Shown here: piece after piece, positions 1 through 8,838 of the stretch
How the letters are laid out: each line of letters begins with the position of its first letter
How positions within the stretch are numbered: the stretch's first letter is position 1
From: Nanobdellota archaeon
GTDB taxonomy: Archaea > Aenigmatarchaeota > Aenigmatarchaeia > QMZP01
DNA: 25,681 nt
Assembly (NCBI GenBank): GCA_043814765.1
Contig: JBDRJQ010000038.1
Location: 1-25,681 of the forward strand
Direction of reading: 5' to 3'
Notes under the pieces: model-generated
Databases searched by the model: none
The model's input: the letters and a program-made list of their open reading frames with translations, nothing else
Told to the model about the DNA's origin: nothing
Position numbers and translations under genes: made by a program

Positions 1-210
1 CATGTCAGGAGCACTCATATTTGTGGTAGCCTTAAAAATAAACGCAGAGGTGTTAGTTATGTTTTGATTGCTTTCTGGGGCAGTTAGAATGACTATTACA
101 GCGTCAGGGGATGCCTGCCCTACCGGGAAATACCAGAAGACTAGAAAGAGTGAAACAAATACAAATAACGCAACACTAAACTTAGCTATACCAACAAAAC
201 GTCCATCCAT
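1..210 (-). CDS. 5' end of a secreted/surface glycoprotein gene (runs off the left edge; missing from the ORF track)
   Basis: Manual translation from ATG at 210: MDGRFVGIAKFSVALFVFVSLFLVFWYFPVGQASPDAVIVILTAPESNQNITNTSAFIFKATTNMSAPDM, open to base 1. Hydrophobic signal peptide, three N-x-S/T sequons (NIT, NTS, NMS), AGGT upstream of the ATG. Confidence 0.8.
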   Translation of the reverse strand, partial: MDGRFVGIAKFSVALFVFVSLFLVFWYFPVGQASPDAVIVILTAPESNQNITNTSAFIFKATTNMSAPDM

Positions 211-252
211 TTTATACCTATTATTAGTTATGTTTTATATCCCTAATAAATG

Positions 253-276
253 TTTACGAATTTAAGCCATTAAAGC
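253..276 (+). promoter_or_regulatory. Putative BRE-TATA promoter of the methyltransferase; copy 1 of a 24-bp direct repeat
   Basis: tttacgaatttaagccattaaagc. CGAA followed by TTTAAG 25-30 nt upstream of ATG 291. 22/24 identical to 2567-2590. Confidence 0.6.
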
Positions 277-290
277 AAAAAATATTTTAT

Positions 291-1097
291 ATGAAGGGGA
301 AAAGGAAGGAAATCTATTCGCATGAATACACAAAACCGTATTTTTTGAGTCGTGAACTTGAAGGTTATGAAGAATTTAAGAAAGGTGAACTAAGTCTCAT
401 TAAAACAAAGATATTCAATATGCTTGATATCAAAAAGGGAACATCTGTTCTTGATGTTGGATTTGGCAGGGGGGAGCTGCTTTTGCACTGCTCAAAGGCC
501 GGTGCACAAGTAACAGGAATAGACTATTCCAAAGACGCTTATAAGATAGCCAGAAATGTTCTAATAGGGCATGATTGTGATCTTATAACTGCTGATGCCA
601 GAAAATTGCCTTTTAAATCAAATTCTTTCGACAAAATAATTTCAAATGACACTATAGAACACATGAACAGGGAAGACGGTATAAAAATGTTAAAGGAGAT
701 GTATCGTGTTCTCAAACCAGGAGGATTCATGATTGTGCATACTTCACCTAATAGCATATTCATGAACAGAATCTATCCTGTTATAAAACACATTATTAGG
801 TTCACAAATCCTCATGTTTTTGGGATGCTTGAAAATCAAAGAAAAAGCACAAAACAAAACCAGTTTCACGTTTATGAATATAATCTCTTTTCATTGAAAA
901 GCGCAGTCAAAGAGGCTGGGCTGAATGCGGATGTATATATAGACAAAGATGTTTTGAGGTCATGTAAGAGTAAGTACACCAAATCATTGGCTGATAGCAG
1001 AGTAATAAAAATGACTAGTTTTTTCAACAAATACTATCTGTTCCGCTTTTTTCTTGGAAACGATCTTTATGTAAAATGCAGAAAGGATGAATTATGA
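291..1097 (+). CDS. Class I SAM-dependent methyltransferase (Methyltransf_11/UbiE-like)
   Basis: Motif I VLDVGFGRG, GIDYS, ADARKLPF.SNSFD, EMYRVLKPGG. ATGA overlap with the next gene. Confidence 0.9.
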   Translation: MKGKRKEIYSHEYTKPYFLSRELEGYEEFKKGELSLIKTKIFNMLDIKKGTSVLDVGFGRGELLLHCSKAGAQVTGIDYSKDAYKIARNVLIGHDCDLITADARKLPFKSNSFDKIISNDTIEHMNREDGIKMLKEMYRVLKPGGFMIVHTSPNSIFMNRIYPVIKHIIRFTNPHVFGMLENQRKSTKQNQFHVYEYNLFSLKSAVKEAGLNADVYIDKDVLRSCKSKYTKSLADSRVIKMTSFFNKYYLFRFFLGNDLYVKCRKDEL

Positions 1098-2485
1098 ACA
1101 GGTTGATAATCATACTTCTTGCCTCGTTTATAATCCCCTTGCTATTAATATCATCGTCCAAGACCTTTGACACAGACGAAGCCGGTTTCATATATGCCGG
1201 CAGCTTGGAATTGAAAGGAATCCACACATACGCCAACAACATAATAGTGATGCAGAAACCTCCAGCAATAATATGGGTCACAATACCGTTTATTGCTGCA
1301 TTTGGTAACTCATTTGAAACGTTAATAGCCATTCGCCTATTCTGTTTGCTTATCAAGACGTTAACAGTATTGGTGACTTATCTTATAGCAAAAAAACTTT
1401 TCAATAATGAAAAAATAGCATTGCTTTCAGCGCTGTTTCTCTCTGTATCCCATGTAGCAAACACCACGGCAGCCACGTTAATGACAGAAACCTTTACCGT
1501 GTTTTTCTTATCCCTTGCGTTTTTGTTTTACCTCTCGGAACAAAAACACAAATACATTATATCTGGGATTATGATTGGCATAGCCGCGATGTTCAGGCAA
1601 ACAGCAGTTGTATTCCTGATAATAATGTTGCTTTATATTTTGATAAAGGAAAGGAACTTCAAGTTAGACCTAAAATTGATAATGGGTTCCATAATAGGAG
1701 CCTTGCCGTTGATAATTTACATTATAGCAACAAATACCATCCAAACCTTTATACATATGACCATAATATTTAACAGATACTACAAGTACAATGTTTTCTC
1801 TCTGTCCACGTTGGATGGGGTATTTAATTACGAATACCACATGATATTTTTCCTAATAGCAGGATTAGTGTACTACGTATACAGCTACATACATAAATCC
1901 AAGAAGCCGGAAAAGGAAATTTATTTCCTTATCATATGGATAATTGCTTACATATTTTTATGGGCAGTTGGGGGATGGTTCTTCCAATGTTATCTGTATA
2001 TGATTTTAATACCGATATACATAATCGTCTCAAAAGTGATTTACAATATAACACCAAATATATGGAAAATAAAGAGAGATTACATTATTATGGCGATTGT
2101 ATTGTTTGTGATCGTATTATCCGTAACTTCAATAGAGGGCTTAAAAAGGTACGAGAATAACATCGATTATCTCATATACAGCCAAATAAAACAAGTTAAT
2201 CATACAACTATGCTAACAGATAGCCCTGCACAGTTGTTTCTCTTTAACATGACAGAGCAGTTTTATATGTACAACACTGAAAATGTTTACAAAGAAGCCG
2301 GTCTTGATGAAATGCTTGGGGAAAGAGGAATAAGCAATATTACACAATATGCAAAAATCAAAGAGTTTGATATAATATATTTAAACCAGCTTATTGATGG
2401 AAAAGTGTTTATACCTCCTGGTTTTAGTGGGAATAAAATAATGAAGATACACTGTAAAACTAAAACAGACTGTTATGTGACATGA
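1094..2485 (+). CDS. GT-C fold membrane glycosyltransferase (ArnT/PMT-like, probably using a lipid-linked sugar donor)
   Basis: Many TM segments. DE motif in the first loop (DTDEAGF), QKPP, TETF and AAMFRQ match the ArnT/PMT_2 pattern. Soluble C-terminal domain with sequons NHT, NMT, NIT. Confidence 0.75.
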   Translation: MNRLIIILLASFIIPLLLISSSKTFDTDEAGFIYAGSLELKGIHTYANNIIVMQKPPAIIWVTIPFIAAFGNSFETLIAIRLFCLLIKTLTVLVTYLIAKKLFNNEKIALLSALFLSVSHVANTTAATLMTETFTVFFLSLAFLFYLSEQKHKYIISGIMIGIAAMFRQTAVVFLIIMLLYILIKERNFKLDLKLIMGSIIGALPLIIYIIATNTIQTFIHMTIIFNRYYKYNVFSLSTLDGVFNYEYHMIFFLIAGLVYYVYSYIHKSKKPEKEIYFLIIWIIAYIFLWAVGGWFFQCYLYMILIPIYIIVSKVIYNITPNIWKIKRDYIIMAIVLFVIVLSVTSIEGLKRYENNIDYLIYSQIKQVNHTTMLTDSPAQLFLFNMTEQFYMYNTENVYKEAGLDEMLGERGISNITQYAKIKEFDIIYLNQLIDGKVFIPPGFSGNKIMKIHCKTKTDCYVT

Positions 2486-2566
2486 ACTTTTCTGAACGTG
2501 AATACACAAAAATTAGTTCCATGTAAAATGAAGAAATGGGAAAGAGAGGAATCTGCTGAAATCAGT

Positions 2567-2590
2567 TTTACGAATTTAAGTTATTAAAGC
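2567..2590 (+). promoter_or_regulatory. Putative BRE-TATA promoter of the HMG-CoA reductase gene; copy 2 of the 24-bp direct repeat
   Basis: tttacgaatttaagttattaaagc, followed by an SD-like AGGTTG at 2625-2630 before ATG 2636. Confidence 0.6.
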
Positions 2591-2635
2591 CAACGAATGT
2601 AATATTTTTAAGCCTTTCGGCTATAGGTTGTTATT

Positions 2636-3931
2636 ATGAGTGATGGGAAAAAGTCCGATATATCAGGATTTTACAAGCTTAGTGTAGACGAAAGATTAAA
2701 AAAAATAAAAGAGTTTGCAGAACTCACTGAAGAAGAAACAGCTCTTTTGAAAAAAACTGGTGCGCTTGAAATTGATAGTGCCAACAGGATGATAGAAAAC
2801 GTTGTTGGTACAACTGAGCTTCCTTTTGGTTTGGCTACAAATTTTTTGATAAATGATAAGGATTATTTGGTTCCAATGGTTATAGAAGAACCATCAGTAG
2901 TTGCTGCAGCATCATATGCAGCAAAACTTGCAAGAATCTCCGGCGGATTTGAAACAGAGAGTGATGATCCCATAATGATAGGACAAATTCAATTGGTTGG
3001 CATTGAGAATATTGAAGAAGCGAAAAAGGCAATTCTAAGAGAAAAAGAAGATATAATAAAATACGCCAACGAAGTTGATCCTGCTGTGCTTGTAAAATAT
3101 GGCGGAGGCCTTAAAGACATTGAAGTAAGGGAAATTGATTCGCAGAGAGGAAAAATGGTCATTGTTCATCTTTTGGTTGACTGCAGAGATGCTATGGGCG
3201 CAAACGCTGTCAACACTCTAGCAGAATCAATGAGTCCTAGATTGGAAAAAATAACAGGGGGCACTGCAAGATTGAGAATTATATCAAATCTGGCTGTTCA
3301 CAGAAAAGCACGTGCTAGAGCTGTCTGGACAAAAGAAGTTCTTGAGGAAAGCACTAAAGGTGAAATGAAGGGCGAAGATGTGATTGAAGCCATTCTCGAC
3401 GCTTACGCTTTTGCTGATGCTGACCCATACAGATGTACAACGCACAACAAAGGCATAATGAATGGCATTGATGCTGTAGTTATGGCAACAGGCAATGATT
3501 TCAGAGCGATAGAATCTGGCGCTCATTCGTATGCTGCCATTGACGGCAGATACAAATCACTAACAAAATATTACAAGAATGAAAATGGTGATTTGGTTGG
3601 TGAGATAGAAATGCCAATGGCTTTGGGTCTTGTTGGAGGAGTTACAAAAACTCACCCAACAGCTAAAATAGCTGTAAAAATTCTCGGAATAAAAACAGCA
3701 AACGAATTAGGTGAAGTTATAGCTGCTGTCGGCTTGGCGCAGAATTTTGCTGCGCTCCGGGCACTGGCAACAGAAGGCATTCAGAGAGGCCATATGGGAC
3801 TCCACGCAAAGAACATAGCAATACTGGCAGGTGCAAAAAGTGAACAAATAGATGTAGTGGCAAGCAAGATGGTAGAGGAAAAGGCAATAAGAGTGGACAG
3901 AGCAAAAGAGATACTAGAAAGCCTTAACTAA
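2636..3931 (+). CDS. mvaA: Hydroxymethylglutaryl-CoA reductase, class II (bacterial MvaA type)
   Basis: ENVVG, EEPSVVAA, DAMGAN, THNKGIMNGIDA, GNDFRA and GIQRGHMGLH are class II HMGR signatures. Confidence 0.96.
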   Translation: MSDGKKSDISGFYKLSVDERLKKIKEFAELTEEETALLKKTGALEIDSANRMIENVVGTTELPFGLATNFLINDKDYLVPMVIEEPSVVAAASYAAKLARISGGFETESDDPIMIGQIQLVGIENIEEAKKAILREKEDIIKYANEVDPAVLVKYGGGLKDIEVREIDSQRGKMVIVHLLVDCRDAMGANAVNTLAESMSPRLEKITGGTARLRIISNLAVHRKARARAVWTKEVLEESTKGEMKGEDVIEAILDAYAFADADPYRCTTHNKGIMNGIDAVVMATGNDFRAIESGAHSYAAIDGRYKSLTKYYKNENGDLVGEIEMPMALGLVGGVTKTHPTAKIAVKILGIKTANELGEVIAAVGLAQNFAALRALATEGIQRGHMGLHAKNIAILAGAKSEQIDVVASKMVEEKAIRVDRAKEILESLN

Positions 3932-3958
3932 TTTATTATTAAATGTCATTGTTTTTCT

Positions 3959-5347
3959 ATGACTATATTCAGAGCATACGATATACGTGGTATTTATCCT
4001 GAGCAGGTAAACCCAGAACTAGCCAGAAAAGTAGGTTTTGCTTTTGGTAAAATTTTGAAAGAAATAGTTTCAAAGGGAAAGATAGTAAAAAAACCTAGTG
4101 TTGTTGTTGGGGCTGATGCGAGAATAGGAGCCAAAGAAGCCAGAGAAGCTGTAATAGAAGGCCTTGTTTCTGCAGGAGTTCATGCTATTGATATAGGCCA
4201 TGTTCCTACACCTCTTGTTTATTTTGCTGCAGTTACACTTGATATTGATGCAGGCATCCAGGTGACTGGCTCTCACAATCCAAAAGAGTATTTGGGCTTT
4301 AAGTTTTGTGGAAAGGGGGCAGAACCAATTGGTTATGAAGAAGGTATAAAGAGGATAGAAGAATTCTGTAATTCTGAAAAGGAAGCTGTTCCTGAAGGTG
4401 AGGGCTCAAAAGAAGAAAGGGACATCGCAGAAGATTATATTAGTTTTGTTGCTGGAAAAATTAAATTGAACAAACAGTTAAGTATTGTAATTGATCCGGG
4501 TAACGGTATAGCAGGCAGTGTTGCAAAAAGGCTTTTTGAAAAGCTTGGATGCAAAGTTGATTGTTTGCACTGCGAGCCGGATGGTAATTTTCCAAACCAT
4601 TTAGCCAATCCAACGGAAAGAGAGACGCTAAAGGATCTTCAGAAAAGGGTTGTTGAAATTAATGCTGATCTTGGTTTAGCTTTTGACGGTGATGGTGACA
4701 GAGTTGGTTTTGTTAATAATAGAGGTGAAGTTATTGCTGCTGACATTATATTTTCTTTGTTCATTGAAAATGCACTGAAAGAGAACCAAGGAGCCAAGAT
4801 AATCTATGATGTTATATGCTCACAGCTAATAGATGATGTGATAAAAAAGAATAACGGACAGCCATTAGTCTCTAGAGTCGGCTATCCCTTTATAAGAAAA
4901 ATGATGAAGGATGAGGGAGCTCTGCTCTCAGGTGAAACTTCTGCGCACTTCTATTTTGCAGAGAGTTTTGGCTATGATGACGGTTTGTTTGCAGGAGCAA
5001 AGTTTTCAGAAGCCATTTGCAATACTGATTTTGATGAATTTGTGAAAAGCCTTCCTGTTTATATAATATCAGATGATACCAGACTATTTTGTAATGATGA
5101 TAAGAAGTTTTTGGTTATGGATGAAATTAAAAAATACTTCCAGAAACAGAACGCAAAGATGTCTGATCTTGACGGAATAAAATTGTTCTTTAAAGACGGA
5201 TGGGGTGCTATAAGACCATCTAATACTCAGCCCGCTTTTGTGCTGAGATGGGAGTCATCAAACAAAGAATCGTTTGATAAAATGGGTGAATTTTTAATCG
5301 GTGAGGTTAAAAGATTTATAGATAAAAGTGAAGGTGGAGAAAAATGA
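3959..5347 (+). CDS. manB: Phosphomannomutase/phosphoglucomutase
   Basis: FRAYDIRG, catalytic-serine loop TGSHNP, metal loop FDGDGDR, sugar loop GETSAH, RPSNTQP. Confidence 0.93.
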   Translation: MTIFRAYDIRGIYPEQVNPELARKVGFAFGKILKEIVSKGKIVKKPSVVVGADARIGAKEAREAVIEGLVSAGVHAIDIGHVPTPLVYFAAVTLDIDAGIQVTGSHNPKEYLGFKFCGKGAEPIGYEEGIKRIEEFCNSEKEAVPEGEGSKEERDIAEDYISFVAGKIKLNKQLSIVIDPGNGIAGSVAKRLFEKLGCKVDCLHCEPDGNFPNHLANPTERETLKDLQKRVVEINADLGLAFDGDGDRVGFVNNRGEVIAADIIFSLFIENALKENQGAKIIYDVICSQLIDDVIKKNNGQPLVSRVGYPFIRKMMKDEGALLSGETSAHFYFAESFGYDDGLFAGAKFSEAICNTDFDEFVKSLPVYIISDDTRLFCNDDKKFLVMDEIKKYFQKQNAKMSDLDGIKLFFKDGWGAIRPSNTQPAFVLRWESSNKESFDKMGEFLIGEVKRFIDKSEGGEK

Positions 5348-6285
5348 ACGCAGTGAAAGATTTCCCTGATTTATGCAAGAAGGCTGTTGGTTACAAAACA
5401 ACTTTGCCTGAAGAGTATAAGGATTTCAATAAGGTTTTAGTAGTTGGCATGGGCGGTTCTGCTATAAGCGGTAACCTGGTTAAAGACTGGCTGAATCCGT
5501 TCTCAAAGATTCCTATAGACGTTTACAGGGGATATAATTTACCGAAACATGCAGATGAAAACACCCTGTTGTTCTGCGTTTCTTATTCAGGCAATACAAA
5601 AGAAACGCTTTCCTGTTTTGAACAGGGACTGCATGCAGGATGCAAAATAATCATAATATCCACTGGCGGAAAACTAGGCGAATACGCTAAGAACATGGAT
5701 CTGCCGTTTATAGAGATTCCAGCTGGCATGACACCAAGAGATTCTTTGCCGCTTCTGTTCTTTCCTATAGTCAACTGCCTCAAAGAGGTTGGCAGTATTG
5801 GGTATGATTACGCTAGAATAGGGGATTTTCTTGAGGAAAACAAGGATGAGTGCGACAGCATAGCAGAAGGAACTGCTAAAAAAATACTGAACACCATACC
5901 GTTCATTTACGGAACAAGTGAATCAGTTGGTATGAGATACAAAACACAGATAAACGAAAACTCAAAAATGCATGCAAAGTTTGAGGTTTATCCTGAACTT
6001 AACCATAACGAAGTTGCTGGATGGCAGGGCAAATCCATAGGCCTTTCTGTTATTTTTTTGCGAAGACTGGAAAGAAACGAAGATGTTGAGAATGCTATGA
6101 ACACGCTGATAAAGCTAATAGAAAAGAGAGCCAAGATAGTGGAAATAATAGCCAGAGGAAATAATTGGCTCGAGAAAGCTTTTTATCTTCTGTATATAGG
6201 CGATTTGATAAGTTTTTACTTGTCAGAAAAACAGGGTGTAGAGCGCGAGAAAGTAGAATTTATTGACAAATTAAAGGAGTTATAA
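5344..6285 (+). CDS. Bifunctional phosphoglucose/phosphomannose isomerase (SIS family)
   Basis: GMGGSAISG, SYSGNTKET, STGG, PR, NENSK, PELNHNE and a C-terminal conserved Lys. ATGA overlap with the PMM gene; GGTGGAG RBS. Confidence 0.93.
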   Translation: MNAVKDFPDLCKKAVGYKTTLPEEYKDFNKVLVVGMGGSAISGNLVKDWLNPFSKIPIDVYRGYNLPKHADENTLLFCVSYSGNTKETLSCFEQGLHAGCKIIIISTGGKLGEYAKNMDLPFIEIPAGMTPRDSLPLLFFPIVNCLKEVGSIGYDYARIGDFLEENKDECDSIAEGTAKKILNTIPFIYGTSESVGMRYKTQINENSKMHAKFEVYPELNHNEVAGWQGKSIGLSVIFLRRLERNEDVENAMNTLIKLIEKRAKIVEIIARGNNWLEKAFYLLYIGDLISFYLSEKQGVEREKVEFIDKLKEL

Positions 6286-6287
6286 AG

Positions 6288-6297
6288 TTTATAAATA
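6288..6297 (+). promoter_or_regulatory. TATA box for a probably leaderless rpoL-aglB-aglH transcript
   Basis: TTTATAAATA 21-30 nt upstream of ATG 6318, with no RBS in between. Confidence 0.55.
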
Positions 6298-6317
6298 CAT
6301 ATAGTGATTATAATTCT

Positions 6318-6587
6318 ATGAACTTGAAAGTCGTGGAAAAAAGCCAGAACAAAATTAGAATTGAAGTAGCTGGAGAATGTCACACCCTTTTGAATCTATT
6401 AAGAGAAACTGCTTGGAAAGAGGGTGCAAAGCAAGCTTCTTATATGATACAACATCCCTATTTGTCACAACCGGAAATAATAATATATTCAAACGATCCA
6501 AAAAAAGTCCTAATTGATTCATCAACAAAAATAGAATCATATGTCAAGGAATTTTCGCAGGAATTTAAACGGGCTTTAGGAAAGTAG
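6318..6587 (+). CDS. rpoL: DNA-directed RNA polymerase subunit L (Rpo11)
   Basis: 89 aa. GE.HTLLNLLR and ASYMIQHP match the Rpo11/RPB11 pattern. Confidence 0.92.
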   Translation: MNLKVVEKSQNKIRIEVAGECHTLLNLLRETAWKEGAKQASYMIQHPYLSQPEIIIYSNDPKKVLIDSSTKIESYVKEFSQEFKRALGK

Positions 6588-6590
6588 CCT

Positions 6591-8825
6591 ATGGACATTG
6601 ATACTAGAAAATTAATAAAGAAGAATAGCTATCTTGTTGTAGTTTTATTAATTACTCTAATGGCTTTTTGGCTGAGAAGTTTCCCGGCTCAATATGGTGA
6701 TTTGCAGGCCCTTGATCCTTATTATTTTTACAGAATGGGAGACTATGTGCTAACACATAACTGGCAGTTGCCAGAAGTTGATACTTTAAGATATTATCCT
6801 ACAGGTGTTGTACCTGCTGAAGCAAACTACATGTCGCCTATCTATATGCCTGCATTTGCATATGCAGGGCTTAGTGCTCTCGGCATGTCTATGACTTATC
6901 TCGAGTGGGCAATAATATGGCCAGCACTACTAGGGGCAATCGCTGTATTTGCCATGTTCTTCCTTGGCAGAGAATTGTTCAACAGCAGAACAGCTGGATT
7001 TTTTGCAGCATTTTTCCTCGCAGTCATTCCTGCGTTTATTACGAGAACTTCTGCGGGTTTTTTTGAAAAGGAATCGATTGCCGGCGTTTTTATGATAACT
7101 GGTATGTATTTTTTTGTAAGATCTTATAAGAAAAGTTCATGGATTAACGGTATATTTTCTGGTCTTTCTCTTGCAGTAATGGCAACTGCATGGGGTGGTG
7201 CTGCATACATATTCTTATTATACGCAGCATTTGTGTTTTCTCTCTTTGTTATTCAGGGACTATTGTTGGTTGTAAACTATCTGTTCCCAGGCAGCACAAA
7301 AACTATGGTAGATAGTTTAGAAGGTCTTTTTGGCGGAGCTCTTCTAAAAGCATATGTTCCGACCATACTTCTTGGTACGTTCTTGCATCAAATTTTTTTG
7401 AAACATCTTCCCTTGTCAACAATATACATGCAGCTGGCTTTTGCTGGAATTGGTTTGCTGGTAATAAGGTATGCAGTTAAAGATATCGGTTTACAGAGAT
7501 TAAAGATTGTAAAGGAAGAATTGATTCCTTATGTAATACCTTCATTACTGGTTCTAGCTTTTGTAGGAGTTATATTCGGCTCTATGTTCTATGATCCTTT
7601 CAACAGCATACTGCAAAACCTGTTTGGTTTAACACCGTATTCAGGAGGTTTGATCAGCCAGACTGTTGCTGAGAACGCTCCTGGCGGATGGTCAGAAATA
7701 ACAGGCAAGCTAACAACTGCATTTGCTGCTCCGGTGATGCCTTACTTTACAGGCATATCTGAATTCTTTGCAGTATGGTTTTTCATGATACTAGGTGGTT
7801 TCTTAATGGTATACGAGTTTTTCAGAACAAAGAACTGGTTATATGTATTATTGCTAGTGTGGTTAGTTTCTGGCATATGGTCTGTTTTTGGTATGGTTAG
7901 ACTGACATTCTTAATTGGTCCTCCTGCAGCAATTTCTGCAGCGTTTTTCCTTTACTGGGTTACGAAACGAGCATCAAGACTTGATGTTATTAAGTCAGCT
8001 GAAACACTGAAGAGCAAGTTTAAAGTATACTACGTATCTGTTCCGCTTGTTCTTTTAATAGGATTTTCTCTGCTATTCAACTTCACTGCTGGATTTGTTT
8101 ACTCTCAGCAGCTTGGACCGTCAATAAACGGGCCTTGGAAAGAGTCAATGGCTTATATGGCCGAACAGACGCCTGAAGACTCTGTTATATTGTCTTGGTG
8201 GGATTTCGGTTACTGGTTCCAGACAGTAGGCAAAAGAGCATCTGTAGCTGATGGCGGAAACATGGTTGGCATGATAGATGAAAGTATAGCGGATTGGTTT
8301 ATCTCACCAACAAGCGAGTGGGATGAGTGGATACCTTGGCTGGAAGAGCATGGTGTAACTCACATATTAATGGACTACAGTCTTCCAGGAAAATATGGCG
8401 CCATATCAACAATAGGTACTAGAGGCGAGAGAGCGGATGGTTTCTTACAGTTGCAGCAAACAGATTCATTTGACAGGGGCGATGGTCTAACCATTATAGA
8501 ATTCAGACAAGGTTCTTATGTAGTTTGGATACCGACAGATGGTGGAGATAGCATGGTTGGAAACCCAATGTTCCTTGTTGCTCAGGGAGACCAATTCGTA
8601 GAAAGATACACCATAACAAAAATCTGCAGTAACACTGGTATAAGCGTTCTTGGTGAAGCTGATGATGCTATACCTGGATGTCTTTATATGGGTAATCTTG
8701 GTATGTATTACATACCAGAAGGGCTTGAGAACAACATATTCGTAAGCTTAATGTTCATGGATGGCGCTAATCTTCCAGTAAAAAAGGTTTTTGATAATAG
8801 TTATATAAGAATATATGAAGTTTGA
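6591..8825 (+). CDS. aglB: Oligosaccharyltransferase AglB (STT3 family)
   Basis: Multi-TM N-terminus with DPYY, RTSAGFFEKE, TVAE and R in GMVRL. C-terminal WWDFG, DGGN and a DK-like GKYGAI. Confidence 0.95.
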   Translation: MDIDTRKLIKKNSYLVVVLLITLMAFWLRSFPAQYGDLQALDPYYFYRMGDYVLTHNWQLPEVDTLRYYPTGVVPAEANYMSPIYMPAFAYAGLSALGMSMTYLEWAIIWPALLGAIAVFAMFFLGRELFNSRTAGFFAAFFLAVIPAFITRTSAGFFEKESIAGVFMITGMYFFVRSYKKSSWINGIFSGLSLAVMATAWGGAAYIFLLYAAFVFSLFVIQGLLLVVNYLFPGSTKTMVDSLEGLFGGALLKAYVPTILLGTFLHQIFLKHLPLSTIYMQLAFAGIGLLVIRYAVKDIGLQRLKIVKEELIPYVIPSLLVLAFVGVIFGSMFYDPFNSILQNLFGLTPYSGGLISQTVAENAPGGWSEITGKLTTAFAAPVMPYFTGISEFFAVWFFMILGGFLMVYEFFRTKNWLYVLLLVWLVSGIWSVFGMVRLTFLIGPPAAISAAFFLYWVTKRASRLDVIKSAETLKSKFKVYYVSVPLVLLIGFSLLFNFTAGFVYSQQLGPSINGPWKESMAYMAEQTPEDSVILSWWDFGYWFQTVGKRASVADGGNMVGMIDESIADWFISPTSEWDEWIPWLEEHGVTHILMDYSLPGKYGAISTIGTRGERADGFLQLQQTDSFDRGDGLTIIEFRQGSYVVWIPTDGGDSMVGNPMFLVAQGDQFVERYTITKICSNTGISVLGEADDAIPGCLYMGNLGMYYIPEGLENNIFVSLMFMDGANLPVKKVFDNSYIRIYEV

Positions 8826-8838
8826 TAGAGGTTATTAA

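Noticed and set aside
68..265. 65-aa + strand ORF
   Set aside because: TTG start and no recognisable features; it is antisense to a convincing signal-peptide gene at 210..1 and runs through the promoter region.
323..2511. 13-bp match tgaatacacaaaa at 323-335 and 2499-2511
   Set aside because: An AT-rich 13-mer match is expected by chance in 25 kb, and its position relative to the 24-bp repeats is not collinear.
2482..2587. Tiny ORFs MNFSEREYTKISSM and MKKWEREESAEISFTNLSY after the GT-C gene (possible frameshifted tail or remnant)
   Set aside because: Too short and no recognisable homology; cannot be supported without a homologue alignment.
2611..2630. Small hairpin agcc-tttc-ggct with an alternative pairing to the SD-like aggtt in the HMGR leader
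   Set aside because: Stems are only 4-5 bp, which is not enough to claim a regulatory switch.
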